A DNA stretch of 39,655 nucleotides, from the UHGV virus genome UHGV-0213320, one strand, 5' to 3'. A program made the position numbers and the translations under genes. Shown in pieces: positions 9,091 through 16,913 of the stretch. Below the pieces are notes generated by a model, which searched no databases, was not told the DNA's origin, and was given only the letters and a program-made list of their open reading frames with translations. The DNA is from a virus. Within the stretch, counting starts at the first letter, position 1. Each line of letters opens with the position of its first letter.

Positions 9091-9897
9091 ATGGAAACAT
9101 TAAGATTCAAAGTAGAGAAACAACATATTGAATATATTTCTCCGCATCCATATCTTGTGGCAGGAACCGAATCGAACATAGAATACTTTATCTACATATA
9201 TCAAGGATTATCGGATATCAATGAAATAGTGTATCCCATGCTTAATGCTGGACCCACTGCTCTACCATATCAGCCCTACCAGTCCAGTACCGCAACCATC
9301 ACCCTGACGGCGCCGTTACGCGGTATCGGGGATGTACGGGACAGGATAATGTGCAGGGATGGCGTGTGGGGTGTGGAAAGGCAATTCGTGTCATTGACTT
9401 TTGACGGGAGTGAGAATTGGATTGCCTCAAACACTGGATACGCGAACAAGAATCGTTTTTGGTTTGGGGGCTATGAAAATGTTATAAGACATGAGACTAA
9501 TTCAAATGTAGGAATAAAAATATTATGTGACAAACTTCCGGGAGAATCCAGTGGAGACACTTATAGGTGTATTGATGGCATATCATCCAATATGGTTGGA
9601 CGGATTATGGTATATTTAGATGATTTTAGTTCAGGTGATGTGTCAGCTTTTAAGACTTATTTATCAACACATCCCATATCGGCCATCTTTGAACTTGCCA
9701 CCCCCACCTGGGAACCCCTCCCCTCCGCGACCCAATCCGCCCTGAACGCACTTACCACCTACACCGGCACCACCCATGTGACCATCACCGCAGGAGGGCC
9801 GGAACCGGATGTGGCGGTGGAGTACGTGCAGGATACAAACGTTGTGATTGCTGAGTTAAAAAAACTGATAGAAGGGATGCAGAATGTTAAGCCCTAA
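9091..9897 (+). CDS. Hypothetical protein between portal and gp7-like gene (possible insertion)
   Basis: 268 aa, beta-rich with a T/P-rich segment. Not the usual portal-gp7 arrangement. Confidence 0.4.
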   Translation: METLRFKVEKQHIEYISPHPYLVAGTESNIEYFIYIYQGLSDINEIVYPMLNAGPTALPYQPYQSSTATITLTAPLRGIGDVRDRIMCRDGVWGVERQFVSLTFDGSENWIASNTGYANKNRFWFGGYENVIRHETNSNVGIKILCDKLPGESSGDTYRCIDGISSNMVGRIMVYLDDFSSGDVSAFKTYLSTHPISAIFELATPTWEPLPSATQSALNALTTYTGTTHVTITAGGPEPDVAVEYVQDTNVVIAELKKLIEGMQNVKP

Positions 9898-11101
9898 TTA
9901 TCTACAGCATATAGCAGATGGAAGTGAAGAAATAGCCTCCCAGCTCCATACATACATCATACGACAGATAATAGACCGCATGATGATACGTATTGGGCGC
10001 GGAGATGATTATTTGCTTACATCCTCTGACAGATGGCGCATTCAGATATTACAGGATGCAGGATATCTGCTGGAGGATATTACGGTAGAGTTATCCAAAG
10101 TCACTAAACGGCAGGAAAAAGAAATCAAGGCTGCTATGGAAGAAGCGGGAATCAAGGCACTGGAATACGACCACAGAATATATGAAGCTGCTGGTTTATC
10201 TCCAATTCCTCTTACTCAATCCCCGCAGCTTATTCGTCTGATGGAACGTAACATGAATGCTACGATGGGAGAATGGCAGAATTATACCAGAACAACCGCA
10301 GAAGCCGCACAGAGGATTTTTATTCATGAATGCGACAATGCTTACCATCTTGTATCTTCAGGGGCTGTATCATACACACAGGCTGTCAAAGAGGCGGTTG
10401 ATAATGTAGTATCTGGTGGAGTGATAGTACACTATCCTTCGGGCCATAAAGATACCATAGAAACTGCTACAGCACGCGCGGTACGAACCGGAGTAGCCCA
10501 GGCTACAGGTGATATCTCGATTAAGCGCATGGAGGAAATGAACTGGGATATCATACTGGTGTCAGCACACATCGGAGCCAGAACTGGGGACGGGGGACAG
10601 AATCCAGGAAATCATTTATGGTGGCAAGGGCAATTTTACAGCCGGACCGGAAAAAATAAGCGCTTCCCTCCATTTTCACAGACTGGATTCGGAACGGGTG
10701 AGGGATTATGTGGGTGGAACTGCCGCCATAGTTTTGGAAGCGGGGATGGGGTAAACAATCCGTACAAAGACATCCAGACCGCAGACAACTATAAGGTTGA
10801 GCAATTGGAGAAGCGGCAGAGAACGCTTGAACGGCGCATTAGAAAGACCAAACGTGAAGTTATGGGAATGCAAGAGGCAGTAGATAAGTGCAAGGATGAA
10901 CCGGCTAAATTTGAAATGCAGCTTGAACTTGACCGTAAATCATATCTGTTACAGCGTCAGAATAAAGCATACAACGAGTTTTGTAAAACGAACGACTTGC
11001 GCACCCAGCAGGAACGGTTGCAGATTGCAAAATGGAACCGGGAGCAGGCCGCAAAGGCCAGGGGAGCAGCGAGGCGGTATCAAAATGCGAAAGGGGAATA
11101 A
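9884..11101 (+). CDS. Head morphogenesis protein, SPP1 gp7 / Mu gpF family
   Basis: 405 aa. C-terminal GWNCRHSF matches the H-NCRC signature of the gp7/MuF family, followed by a coiled-coil tail. Located after the portal. Confidence 0.75.
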   Translation: MLSPNYLQHIADGSEEIASQLHTYIIRQIIDRMMIRIGRGDDYLLTSSDRWRIQILQDAGYLLEDITVELSKVTKRQEKEIKAAMEEAGIKALEYDHRIYEAAGLSPIPLTQSPQLIRLMERNMNATMGEWQNYTRTTAEAAQRIFIHECDNAYHLVSSGAVSYTQAVKEAVDNVVSGGVIVHYPSGHKDTIETATARAVRTGVAQATGDISIKRMEEMNWDIILVSAHIGARTGDGGQNPGNHLWWQGQFYSRTGKNKRFPPFSQTGFGTGEGLCGWNCRHSFGSGDGVNNPYKDIQTADNYKVEQLEKRQRTLERRIRKTKREVMGMQEAVDKCKDEPAKFEMQLELDRKSYLLQRQNKAYNEFCKTNDLRTQQERLQIAKWNREQAAKARGAARRYQNAKGE

Positions 11102-11103
11102 AT

Positions 11104-11487
11104 TTGAATAGATGGAAACCATATAACCCTAACCCAGTTCGTAATCAGCGTGTAGGCGACTGTGCCATACGTGCAATCTGCAAAGCAACTGGACAGGATT
11201 GGGAAACCTCATTTGCTGGTGTTATGGTGGTGGCGTGCGAGAAGTCAGATATGCCGTCAGCTAACAGCGTGTGGGGGACATATCTCAGGCGCAACGGATT
11301 CCGGCGAAACATTATACCAAACGAATATCCAGAAGATTATACTGTGGAAGAATTTGCGTCAGACCACCAGAACGGAGTGTTTGTTCTTGGGCTTGATGGT
11401 CATGTGGTAACGGTTGTAGACGGATTTTACTGGGACACATGGGACAGCGGGCAGGAGATACCAATATACTACTGGGAAAGGCGATAA
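11104..11487 (+). CDS. Putative papain-like (C39-like) cysteine peptidase domain protein
   Basis: TTG start after AGGGG RBS. Motif NQRVGDCAIRAI (Gln...Cys) and GLDGHVVTVVDG (Gly-His) resemble the catalytic Cys/His dyad of the papain/C39 fold. Confidence 0.4.
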   Translation: MNRWKPYNPNPVRNQRVGDCAIRAICKATGQDWETSFAGVMVVACEKSDMPSANSVWGTYLRRNGFRRNIIPNEYPEDYTVEEFASDHQNGVFVLGLDGHVVTVVDGFYWDTWDSGQEIPIYYWERR

Positions 11488-11490
11488 CTT

Positions 11491-11784
11491 ATGGAAACAT
11501 TAAACTCTATTATGGTTGTATGTGGTTGGCTTATTACTCTTGGAGGCGCAGGAACCGTAATATATAAATTGTTGCATCCGGCATTTAAGCTAAAAAACAG
11601 AGTGGATAAATTAGAAATAAATGTGGAAAAAGATTATAAATCTATCCAAGAAATAAGAGATATGCAATCTCTTTTATGCCAGGGAATGATAGCATTAATT
11701 GATAATCGTATAACCGGTAACAACATAGAGGGTTTAAAAAAAACCAAAGAAGCTATGATAAAGCATTTGTCAGAAGGTATTTAA
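11491..11784 (+). CDS. Small membrane protein (N-terminal TM + coiled coil)
   Basis: 97 aa with N-terminal hydrophobic helix IMVVCGWLITLGGAGTVIY. Confidence 0.4.
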   Translation: METLNSIMVVCGWLITLGGAGTVIYKLLHPAFKLKNRVDKLEINVEKDYKSIQEIRDMQSLLCQGMIALIDNRITGNNIEGLKKTKEAMIKHLSEGI

Positions 11785-11795
11785 GGAGTGTTGCT

Positions 11796-11996
11796 TTGAA
11801 GGTGTATGACTTTACAGTGCCAGAACTAAATTATTTTCGTACATATTGTAACTTTACGGATGAAGAACGGGCGCTGTTTGAGTACCGGGCCAAGAACTAT
11901 CCTTTAGAGTATTGCGCTGAATTAATGAATGTTAGTGTCTCTACAGCAAAGCGGTTAAGTAGAAAAGTAAACAACAAAATAATACGTGTATGTTGA
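11796..11996 (+). CDS. Mini sigma-70 region-4-like HTH protein
   Basis: 66 aa. Motif FTDEERALFEYRAKNYPLEYCAELMNVSVSTAKRLSRKV resembles sigma region 4 (L..RER.V...R...G.S..EIA..L.VS..TV). TTG start after AAGGAG. Confidence 0.45.
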   Translation: MKVYDFTVPELNYFRTYCNFTDEERALFEYRAKNYPLEYCAELMNVSVSTAKRLSRKVNNKIIRVC

Positions 11997-12022
11997 TACT
12001 TGCGTGATACTTTTATAAGTCT

Positions 12023-12060
12023 TTGACGAACTGTCAAGGGCTTATTTTTTATGTGATAAT
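12023..12060 (+). promoter_or_regulatory. Promoter-like element (TTGACG / TGTCAA ... TGTGATAAT extended -10) with a short dyad TTGACgaactGTCAA
   Basis: Extended -10 TGtGATAAT at 12052-12060. Dyad at 12024-12038. Precedes the run of strongly RBS-ed accessory genes. Confidence 0.3.
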
Positions 12061-12088
12061 TGGTATATAAAAGAACGGAGGGGATATA

Positions 12089-12559
12089 ATGCCGCAACCA
12101 TTTATCAATCCAAACTATCTTAATGCATATCCAAACGCATACCCGTATCAGCCGCAGATGCAACCACCTATGGACCGATTGCAGCAGCTACAAGCACCAT
12201 ATCAGATGTCGCAACAAACACAAGTTCCGCAGGTTCCTCAGACGAATCAGGGAATATTATGGGTGCAGGGTGAGGCCGGGGCAAAGTCGTATTTAGTAGC
12301 GCCCAGCACATCTATATTGCTGATGGACAGCGAAAATGAGTATTTTTACATTAAGACGACCGATGCGGCAGGGATGCCAACACTTCGCACTTTTGAATAT
12401 AAAGAGATTGTTAATGGACAGAAAAAGGAATCTGTACCGACTGAAAATCTTGACGAAAAATATGTTACCAGAAACGAGTATCAGGATTTAAAGGCAAAAT
12501 ATGATGAATTGTACGGCCTTTTAGAATCCAGCACAGCGCCAAGCGGAAAGGGGAAATAA
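12089..12559 (+). CDS. Q/P/Y-rich low-complexity protein (spore-coat-like composition)
   Basis: 156 aa. N-terminus PQPFINPNYLNAYPNAYPYQPQMQPP. Strong RBS GGAGGGG. Confidence 0.5.
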   Translation: MPQPFINPNYLNAYPNAYPYQPQMQPPMDRLQQLQAPYQMSQQTQVPQVPQTNQGILWVQGEAGAKSYLVAPSTSILLMDSENEYFYIKTTDAAGMPTLRTFEYKEIVNGQKKESVPTENLDEKYVTRNEYQDLKAKYDELYGLLESSTAPSGKGK

Positions 12560-12562
12560 TAT

Positions 12563-12811
12563 ATGAATCCATTATTTAGCATGTTGGGCGGCGGCTCACC
12601 AATGGGTGGCATGATTCCTGGAATGGGTGGGGGAAATAACCCAATGCAGATGATTCAGAAGTTCATGGAATTTAAAAACAATTTCAGGGGAAACCCTCAG
12701 GAAGAAGTACAGAAGATGCTACAGTCCGGCCAGATAACTCAGCAGCAGTTAGACCAGGCACAACAGATGGCCCAGCAGTTTCAGCAGATGCTTGGAGGCA
12801 TGAAAAAATAG
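12563..12811 (+). CDS. Gly/Met/Gln-rich low-complexity protein
   Basis: 82 aa: MLGGGSPMGGMIPGMGGGNNPMQ ... QQQLDQAQQMAQQFQQMLGG. RBS GGAAAGGGG. Confidence 0.45.
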   Translation: MNPLFSMLGGGSPMGGMIPGMGGGNNPMQMIQKFMEFKNNFRGNPQEEVQKMLQSGQITQQQLDQAQQMAQQFQQMLGGMKK

Positions 12812-12866
12812 TACATAAATCAATGCGCATGATTTTGTAAATATATTTTAAAAGGAGTAAATAATT

Positions 12867-13577
12867 ATGGATTCAGGCTATAGTTTAGCAGACATTGCTG
12901 CCGCTACAGGTGGAACAAACCGAAACAATGATGGCTTTGGAGATGGCGGCGCATGGTGGATTATTATACTGTTTTTGTTTGTTTTCTGCGGCTGGGGCAA
13001 TGGCAACGGCTTTGGAAACAATGGAGCAGGAGGGGCCGGATTGCAGGGATTAGCAACACGTGCAGACATCAATGAGGGATTTGCCCTCAACGGAATCGAA
13101 AATGGTATAAGGGGAATTCAGCAGGGAATCTGTGATAGCACATATGCGCTGAACAACACCATTACCAGCGGTTTCAGTGGAGTGGACCGTAGCTTATGCC
13201 AGATGGGCTATCAGCTCCAGGATTGCTGCTGCCAGACACAGCGCGCAATTGATGGTGTAAATTACAATCTGGCGACACAGTCCTGTGATACCAGAAATAC
13301 CATTCAGACTGCAACCAGAGATATTCTGGACAACAACAACAGCAACACAAGAGCTATTCTTGACTTCTTAACCCAAGATAAGATTTCCACCTTACAGGCA
13401 GAGAATCAGACACTTAGGTTCCAGGCAAGTCAGACTGCCCAGAACGGATTTATTGATGCAGTTGGTAACTCAATCGTTGCCCAGCTTCGTCAGCCACAGC
13501 CTGTACCGGCTTATACAGTACCGGCACCATATCCATATGCATCTAACTGTGGATGCAATGCTGGTTGCGGATGCTAA
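12867..13577 (+). CDS. Gly/Cys-rich membrane protein, YjcZ-like (tiny-TM sporulation family-like) N-terminus, C-terminal CGCNAGCGC
   Basis: 236 aa. TM segment WWIIILFLFVFCGW flanked by G/N-rich repeats, CCC cluster and C-terminal CGCNAGCGC. RBS AAAAGGAG. Confidence 0.5.
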   Translation: MDSGYSLADIAAATGGTNRNNDGFGDGGAWWIIILFLFVFCGWGNGNGFGNNGAGGAGLQGLATRADINEGFALNGIENGIRGIQQGICDSTYALNNTITSGFSGVDRSLCQMGYQLQDCCCQTQRAIDGVNYNLATQSCDTRNTIQTATRDILDNNNSNTRAILDFLTQDKISTLQAENQTLRFQASQTAQNGFIDAVGNSIVAQLRQPQPVPAYTVPAPYPYASNCGCNAGCGC

Positions 13578-13848
13578 CTCGAAACGAACAGTTTTACGAT
13601 AATCTTGCTTTATATGCAGCAACATTACAAATGATTAATGTATTTTTGCTTTTGGGAGAAGCTTCTAATAATGATATTATGGAGGCATTACAACAGCAAA
13701 ATAAAGAGTATATGGAAAAGATTATCGAACAAAACAACCGTATATTGCGTATCTTGTCCGAATAGGACATGTCTACTGAACAGTAGTATTACACACATAG
13801 AGGGGTAGGCACAGGCTTGCCCTTCTGTGCATATAAGGAGGATTTATT

Positions 13849-14247
13849 ATGGCAGATTTTGTAACTGCTGGTACACAGACTGTAGAAGTCAATGCAAGCG
13901 TTCTGTTTGCAGCCAACCGGATATATTCTTGCAATTGCCCAAACATAAGGCATGAGCCGCTTTCCGGTAGAGTGGTGTTACTTCCGGGATTATACCGTGT
14001 AGGTTTTAATGGTAATTTTTCAGCCGCAGCCGCAGGTGATGTTATCTTTGAAGTGCAGCAGGACGGCGAAGGTATTCCCGGAGCAAGAATCCAGAATACA
14101 GTCGCAGCTGGAGCAACAATCAATGGTGCAGCAACTGTAGAAGTGCGGGTATGTAAGCCATGTTGCGCTACGCTCTCGGTGAAAAACGTTGGAGCCGCAG
14201 CAGCAACGGTAACAGACTCTAACCTTGTTGTTAGCAGAATAGGTTAA
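13849..14247 (+). CDS. BclA C-terminal-domain-like (C1q/TNF jelly-roll-like) protein
   Basis: 132 aa. Pattern VEVNASVLF...LPGLYRVGFNGNFSAAAAGDVIFEVQQDG...ATINGAATVEV...LSVKNVGAAAATVTDSNLVVSRIG is typical of the exosporium BclA_C fold. Strong RBS AAGGAGG. Confidence 0.5.
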   Translation: MADFVTAGTQTVEVNASVLFAANRIYSCNCPNIRHEPLSGRVVLLPGLYRVGFNGNFSAAAAGDVIFEVQQDGEGIPGARIQNTVAAGATINGAATVEVRVCKPCCATLSVKNVGAAAATVTDSNLVVSRIG

Positions 14248-14259
14248 GGAGGTAAGGCT

Positions 14260-14799
14260 ATGAGTTATAAGTTAATGCAGAATATCCATGAAGAACTGGA
14301 TAAGATTGCGGAAAAGGGCCTGAACACCAGCAATCTTGAAACCGCATATAAATTGATTGACATGTGGAAAGACATGGAGAATGTAGAGTACTGGAAGTGC
14401 AAAGAAGAGTACTACAATCAGGTAATGGACGAAATGGACGGCGGAGAATACAGCGAAGCACGCAACAAGCGTGACAGCATCGGACGTTATAGTCGTGCTG
14501 ATGGAATGTATCAGGGATATGATAATGATAGTTCGTACCGTGGAACACGTGGGAAACATTACGTCAGAGGACATTACAGCCGCGCAAATGGTCCAGCCTA
14601 TGACGATTACATGAACCAGAAACAGAGTTATCGAAGCGGTGGGAAAGATGAAGATTGCAAGCGGCGTATGCTTGCGGCACTTGAACATCACATGGATGAA
14701 TTGACCGAGGAAATAGGAGAAATGAGCCGTGACGCTGAGTGCAGAGAGGAAAGGGAGGTCATGAAACGCTATATAGAAAAACTGCGTAACATGATGTAA
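14260..14799 (+). CDS. Hypothetical charged protein
   Basis: 179 aa, RBS GGAGGTAAGG, ends at a bidirectional terminator. Confidence 0.5.
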   Translation: MSYKLMQNIHEELDKIAEKGLNTSNLETAYKLIDMWKDMENVEYWKCKEEYYNQVMDEMDGGEYSEARNKRDSIGRYSRADGMYQGYDNDSSYRGTRGKHYVRGHYSRANGPAYDDYMNQKQSYRSGGKDEDCKRRMLAALEHHMDELTEEIGEMSRDAECREEREVMKRYIEKLRNMM

Positions 14800-14802
14800 T
14801 CT

Positions 14803-14830
14803 AAAAGGCAGGATTAACTTCCTGCCTTTT
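14803..14830. terminator. Bidirectional rho-independent terminator (AAAAGGCAGGA-ttaac-TTCCTGCCTTTTT)
   Basis: Near-perfect 10-11 bp GC-containing stem with an A-run on one side and a T-run on the other, between convergent genes. Confidence 0.7.
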
Positions 14831-15791
14831 TATGATGAATTTGTACCGGACGCGTCAAAGCGTCTAGAATATCCCATCCTCTGTATATGCGGCTATGTAC
14901 CCTTGTATAAGGAACTCCGTATTTTCTGCACCAATTTGCTAGAGAGTTTGTAACGCCGTTTATTGTGAACATTAAATTCCTATTTGTATTATTTCCTTGT
15001 TGAACATCTGTAGCCAATCTACAATTTGATGGCTCATATCCCTTGGCATTATCAATTCTGTCAATAGATAAATTTTCTTCATACCCATTATTTAAAGCCC
15101 ATTTTTTAAATTTCTTATACTCTTTCCATTCTTGGCAAACAGCTATTCCTTTTTCTCCATACAAATAGTACGACTTGTGTTTTGGGCTATAGCAACGTAA
15201 CATCATATCATGCCATATACGATAAATCCGAGTATTTGTATCTCCGTGAGTAGTATTTCTTTCTATGGCAACCTCCCTGTTATAACAGCCACATGATTTT
15301 GTATGCCCACTAATTAAGTTTTGTTGATGAACAATTACCGAGTTTCCACAGTTGCATTTACATTCCCATAAGGTTTGTTTTCCGTTGCTTTTTCCGGCAT
15401 ACCGTATGGCTACTAAACGCCCAAAACGCTTCCCTGAAATATCATCCACTTTGGGAGTTCTGCAATTTTTACAGCATTTCTCGTAAGGAGATTTTAATGC
15501 GAACGCACTTGTTATAAATCGCGTTCCGCAGTCGCATGCACATTCGTATTGAACGTATGATTTTTTCATAGGAAGTTTTTTTAATATAGTCAATTTCCCT
15601 ATTTTTCTTCCTGATAGATTTTCCTTGTTTATGCAGCCGCATGATTTTGTTTTTCCGTCACGCAGATTCCCAGAATAGATTTTTCGCTCTGTTCCACATT
15701 GGCAGCGACATAAATAATACTGATTACCAAGGTATTCTAGGACTGTCCACATTCCAAACTTTTGACCTGTTAAATCAATTCTTTTTGTCAT
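14814..15791 (-). CDS. HNH(HNH_3)-like homing-endonuclease-type protein with three N-terminal zinc-ribbon repeats
   Basis: Start at the second Met (MTKRIDL) after RBS GGAAGGGG. Three repeats of L[ST]G[QRK][KR][FI]G.L.[VI]L...(Y/W).C.C.CG...........SCGC. C-terminal IYRIWHDMMLRC...YGEKGIAVCQEW...LSIDRIDNAKGYEPSNCRLAT..QQGNN matches the HNH_3/AP2-like module. Opposite strand to the structural genes. Confidence 0.7.
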   Translation of the reverse strand: MTKRIDLTGQKFGMWTVLEYLGNQYYLCRCQCGTERKIYSGNLRDGKTKSCGCINKENLSGRKIGKLTILKKLPMKKSYVQYECACDCGTRFITSAFALKSPYEKCCKNCRTPKVDDISGKRFGRLVAIRYAGKSNGKQTLWECKCNCGNSVIVHQQNLISGHTKSCGCYNREVAIERNTTHGDTNTRIYRIWHDMMLRCYSPKHKSYYLYGEKGIAVCQEWKEYKKFKKWALNNGYEENLSIDRIDNAKGYEPSNCRLATDVQQGNNTNRNLMFTINGVTNSLANWCRKYGVPYTRVHSRIYRGWDILDALTRPVQIHHKKAGS

Positions 15792-15864
15792 TAAGTAACC
15801 CCTTCCTATATTCGATATTATACCATAAGAACGAGAAACAATCAATTGGTATATAGTTAGAAAG

Positions 15865-15898
15865 TGGGGATAAGAAAAGTAAAATAATCTGGTATAAT
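15865..15898 (+). promoter_or_regulatory. Extended -10 promoter (TGGTATAAT) upstream of the KTR moron
   Basis: TGgTATAAT at 15890-15898. Confidence 0.3.
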
Positions 15899-15920
15899 GA
15901 GAGGGGATATCTAACCTTAC

Positions 15921-15960
15921 AAAATGTGGGGACGATTATTCCTTATGAATATAGTAAAAT
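15921..15960 (+). promoter_or_regulatory. Second copy of late-promoter motif AAAATGTGGGGACGATT + 17 nt + TAAAAT
   Basis: Identical 17-mer to 5706-5722. Drives the KTR zinc-ribbon gene. Confidence 0.45.
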
Positions 15961-15991
15961 GGGAGTAAGAATAAACAGAAAGGGTGAAAAC

Positions 15992-16162
15992 ATGGTAAAA
16001 GATGGTTGGGTTTACTGCCCTATATGTAATAATAAGACAAGAACAAAAATAAGAAAAGATACAGAAGCCAAGAATTTACCTGTGTTTTGCCCAAAGTGCA
16101 GGAATACAACTGTTATGGATATATATGGAAGTGAAATAAAAAGAATGCAAAGCATTAAATAG
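15992..16162 (+). CDS. Cysteine-rich KTR-type zinc-ribbon protein (moron)
   Basis: 56 aa. MVKDGWVYCPICNNKTRTKIRKDTEAKNLPVFCPKCRNT matches the Cys-rich KTR pattern (CPxC..KTR...CPKC). RBS AAGGGTG. Own promoter and terminator. Confidence 0.6.
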   Translation: MVKDGWVYCPICNNKTRTKIRKDTEAKNLPVFCPKCRNTTVMDIYGSEIKRMQSIK

Positions 16163-16182
16163 AGCCAGTCGCCAGTCGCAGA

Positions 16183-16222
16183 GCCATACAGATTACAGCA
16201 ATGTAGTTTGCATGGCTTTTTA
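16183..16222 (+). terminator. Rho-independent terminator after the KTR gene
   Basis: GCCATACAGATTACAG...GTAGTTTGCATGGC hairpin (13 of 15 paired) followed by TTTTT. Confidence 0.6.
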
Positions 16223-16511
16223 CTATATTTGAACCTCCCTCCTATAGCACATGTCCTTAACAGAAACAGGTCCTAGCTCATAGAGTAAACGGCCTGTAGG
16301 TTGAAAAGCGGATGCAATTTCCGGCATGTGCATTCCTTCTAAAGGCTATCCTCCTCCCGTAATGGAGATAGAAAAAACTTGTCAGTTATGACCTGGACGA
16401 AACTGAAAAATGATACGGCATTGTTTTGGTGGGATATCGGCGGGCTGACAGCATTTCAGAGTACATATGCGGCGCAAAAAGGCGTGACGAGGAGTTTTCA
16501 AGAAATGCAAT

Positions 16512-16584
16512 CGGGAAATAGCTCAGTTGGTAGAGCAGCAGCCTTATAAGCTGTGTGTCAGAGGTTCGATTCCTCTTTTCCCGA
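16512..16584 (+). tRNA. tRNA-Ile (anticodon UAU, AUA decoder)
   Basis: Manual fold: acceptor CGGGAAA/TTTCCCG, D-arm GCTC-AGTTGGTA-GAGC, anticodon arm GCAGC-CTTATAA-GCTGT (anticodon TAT), T-arm AGAGG-TTCGATT-CCTCT, discriminator A. No encoded CCA. Confidence 0.75.
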
Positions 16585-16733
16585 TGTAGTCGGGTCGCTC
16601 CCGGATGATGTGAGAGCACGCAGAATGCCTCACAGAAAATGACAATGCCTGCTGAAAACTACTGCGATAGTTCCAGGGACTAGGACACGGGACTGAAATT
16701 CGCAGTGTGACAATCTAAGCAGGAACTGCATCA

Positions 16734-16822
16734 TGAGGATTCGCCAAGCGGTTAAGGCACCGGGTTTTGACCCCGGCAAAGAAGGAACACTCTTTACGCT
16801 GGTTCAAATCCAGCATCCTCAG
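16734..16822 (+). tRNA. tRNA-Gln(UUG)-like with anomalous 21-nt variable arm
   Basis: Acceptor TGAGGAT/ATCCTCA (U1:A72, G2:C71), discriminator G73. D-arm UCGCCAAGCGGUUAAGGCA is near-identical to canonical bacterial tRNA-Gln. Anticodon arm CCGGG-TTTTGAC-CCCGG (anticodon UUG), T-arm GCTGG-TTCAAAT-CCAGC. Between the anticodon and T arms there is a 21-nt stem-loop (CAAAGAAGGAACACTCTTTAC) instead of a 4-5 nt variable loop. Confidence 0.6.
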
Positions 16823-16913
16823 TTTTGGACACGCCAAGTCCTACAAAATGGCAAACCGTTGGTGGACGGTTACACACCTACAAATAACCTAATAACGGAA
16901 AAGGAGAATCATC

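Noticed and set aside
13553-13765. 70-aa ORF in the 270-bp gap after the Cys-rich gene
   Set aside because: Overlaps the upstream gene end, has no convincing RBS, and internal ATG variants give only ~44 aa. Left unannotated, though the gap could host a small gene or regulatory RNA.
16734-16822. Class II tRNA (Ser/Leu/Tyr) assignment for the second tRNA because of its long extra arm
   Set aside because: Acceptor (U1:A72, G73), 3-bp D-stem with AAGCGGUUAAG loop and the UUUUGAC anticodon loop all match tRNA-Gln. No Ser/Leu/Tyr anticodon is possible in the 7-nt loop.
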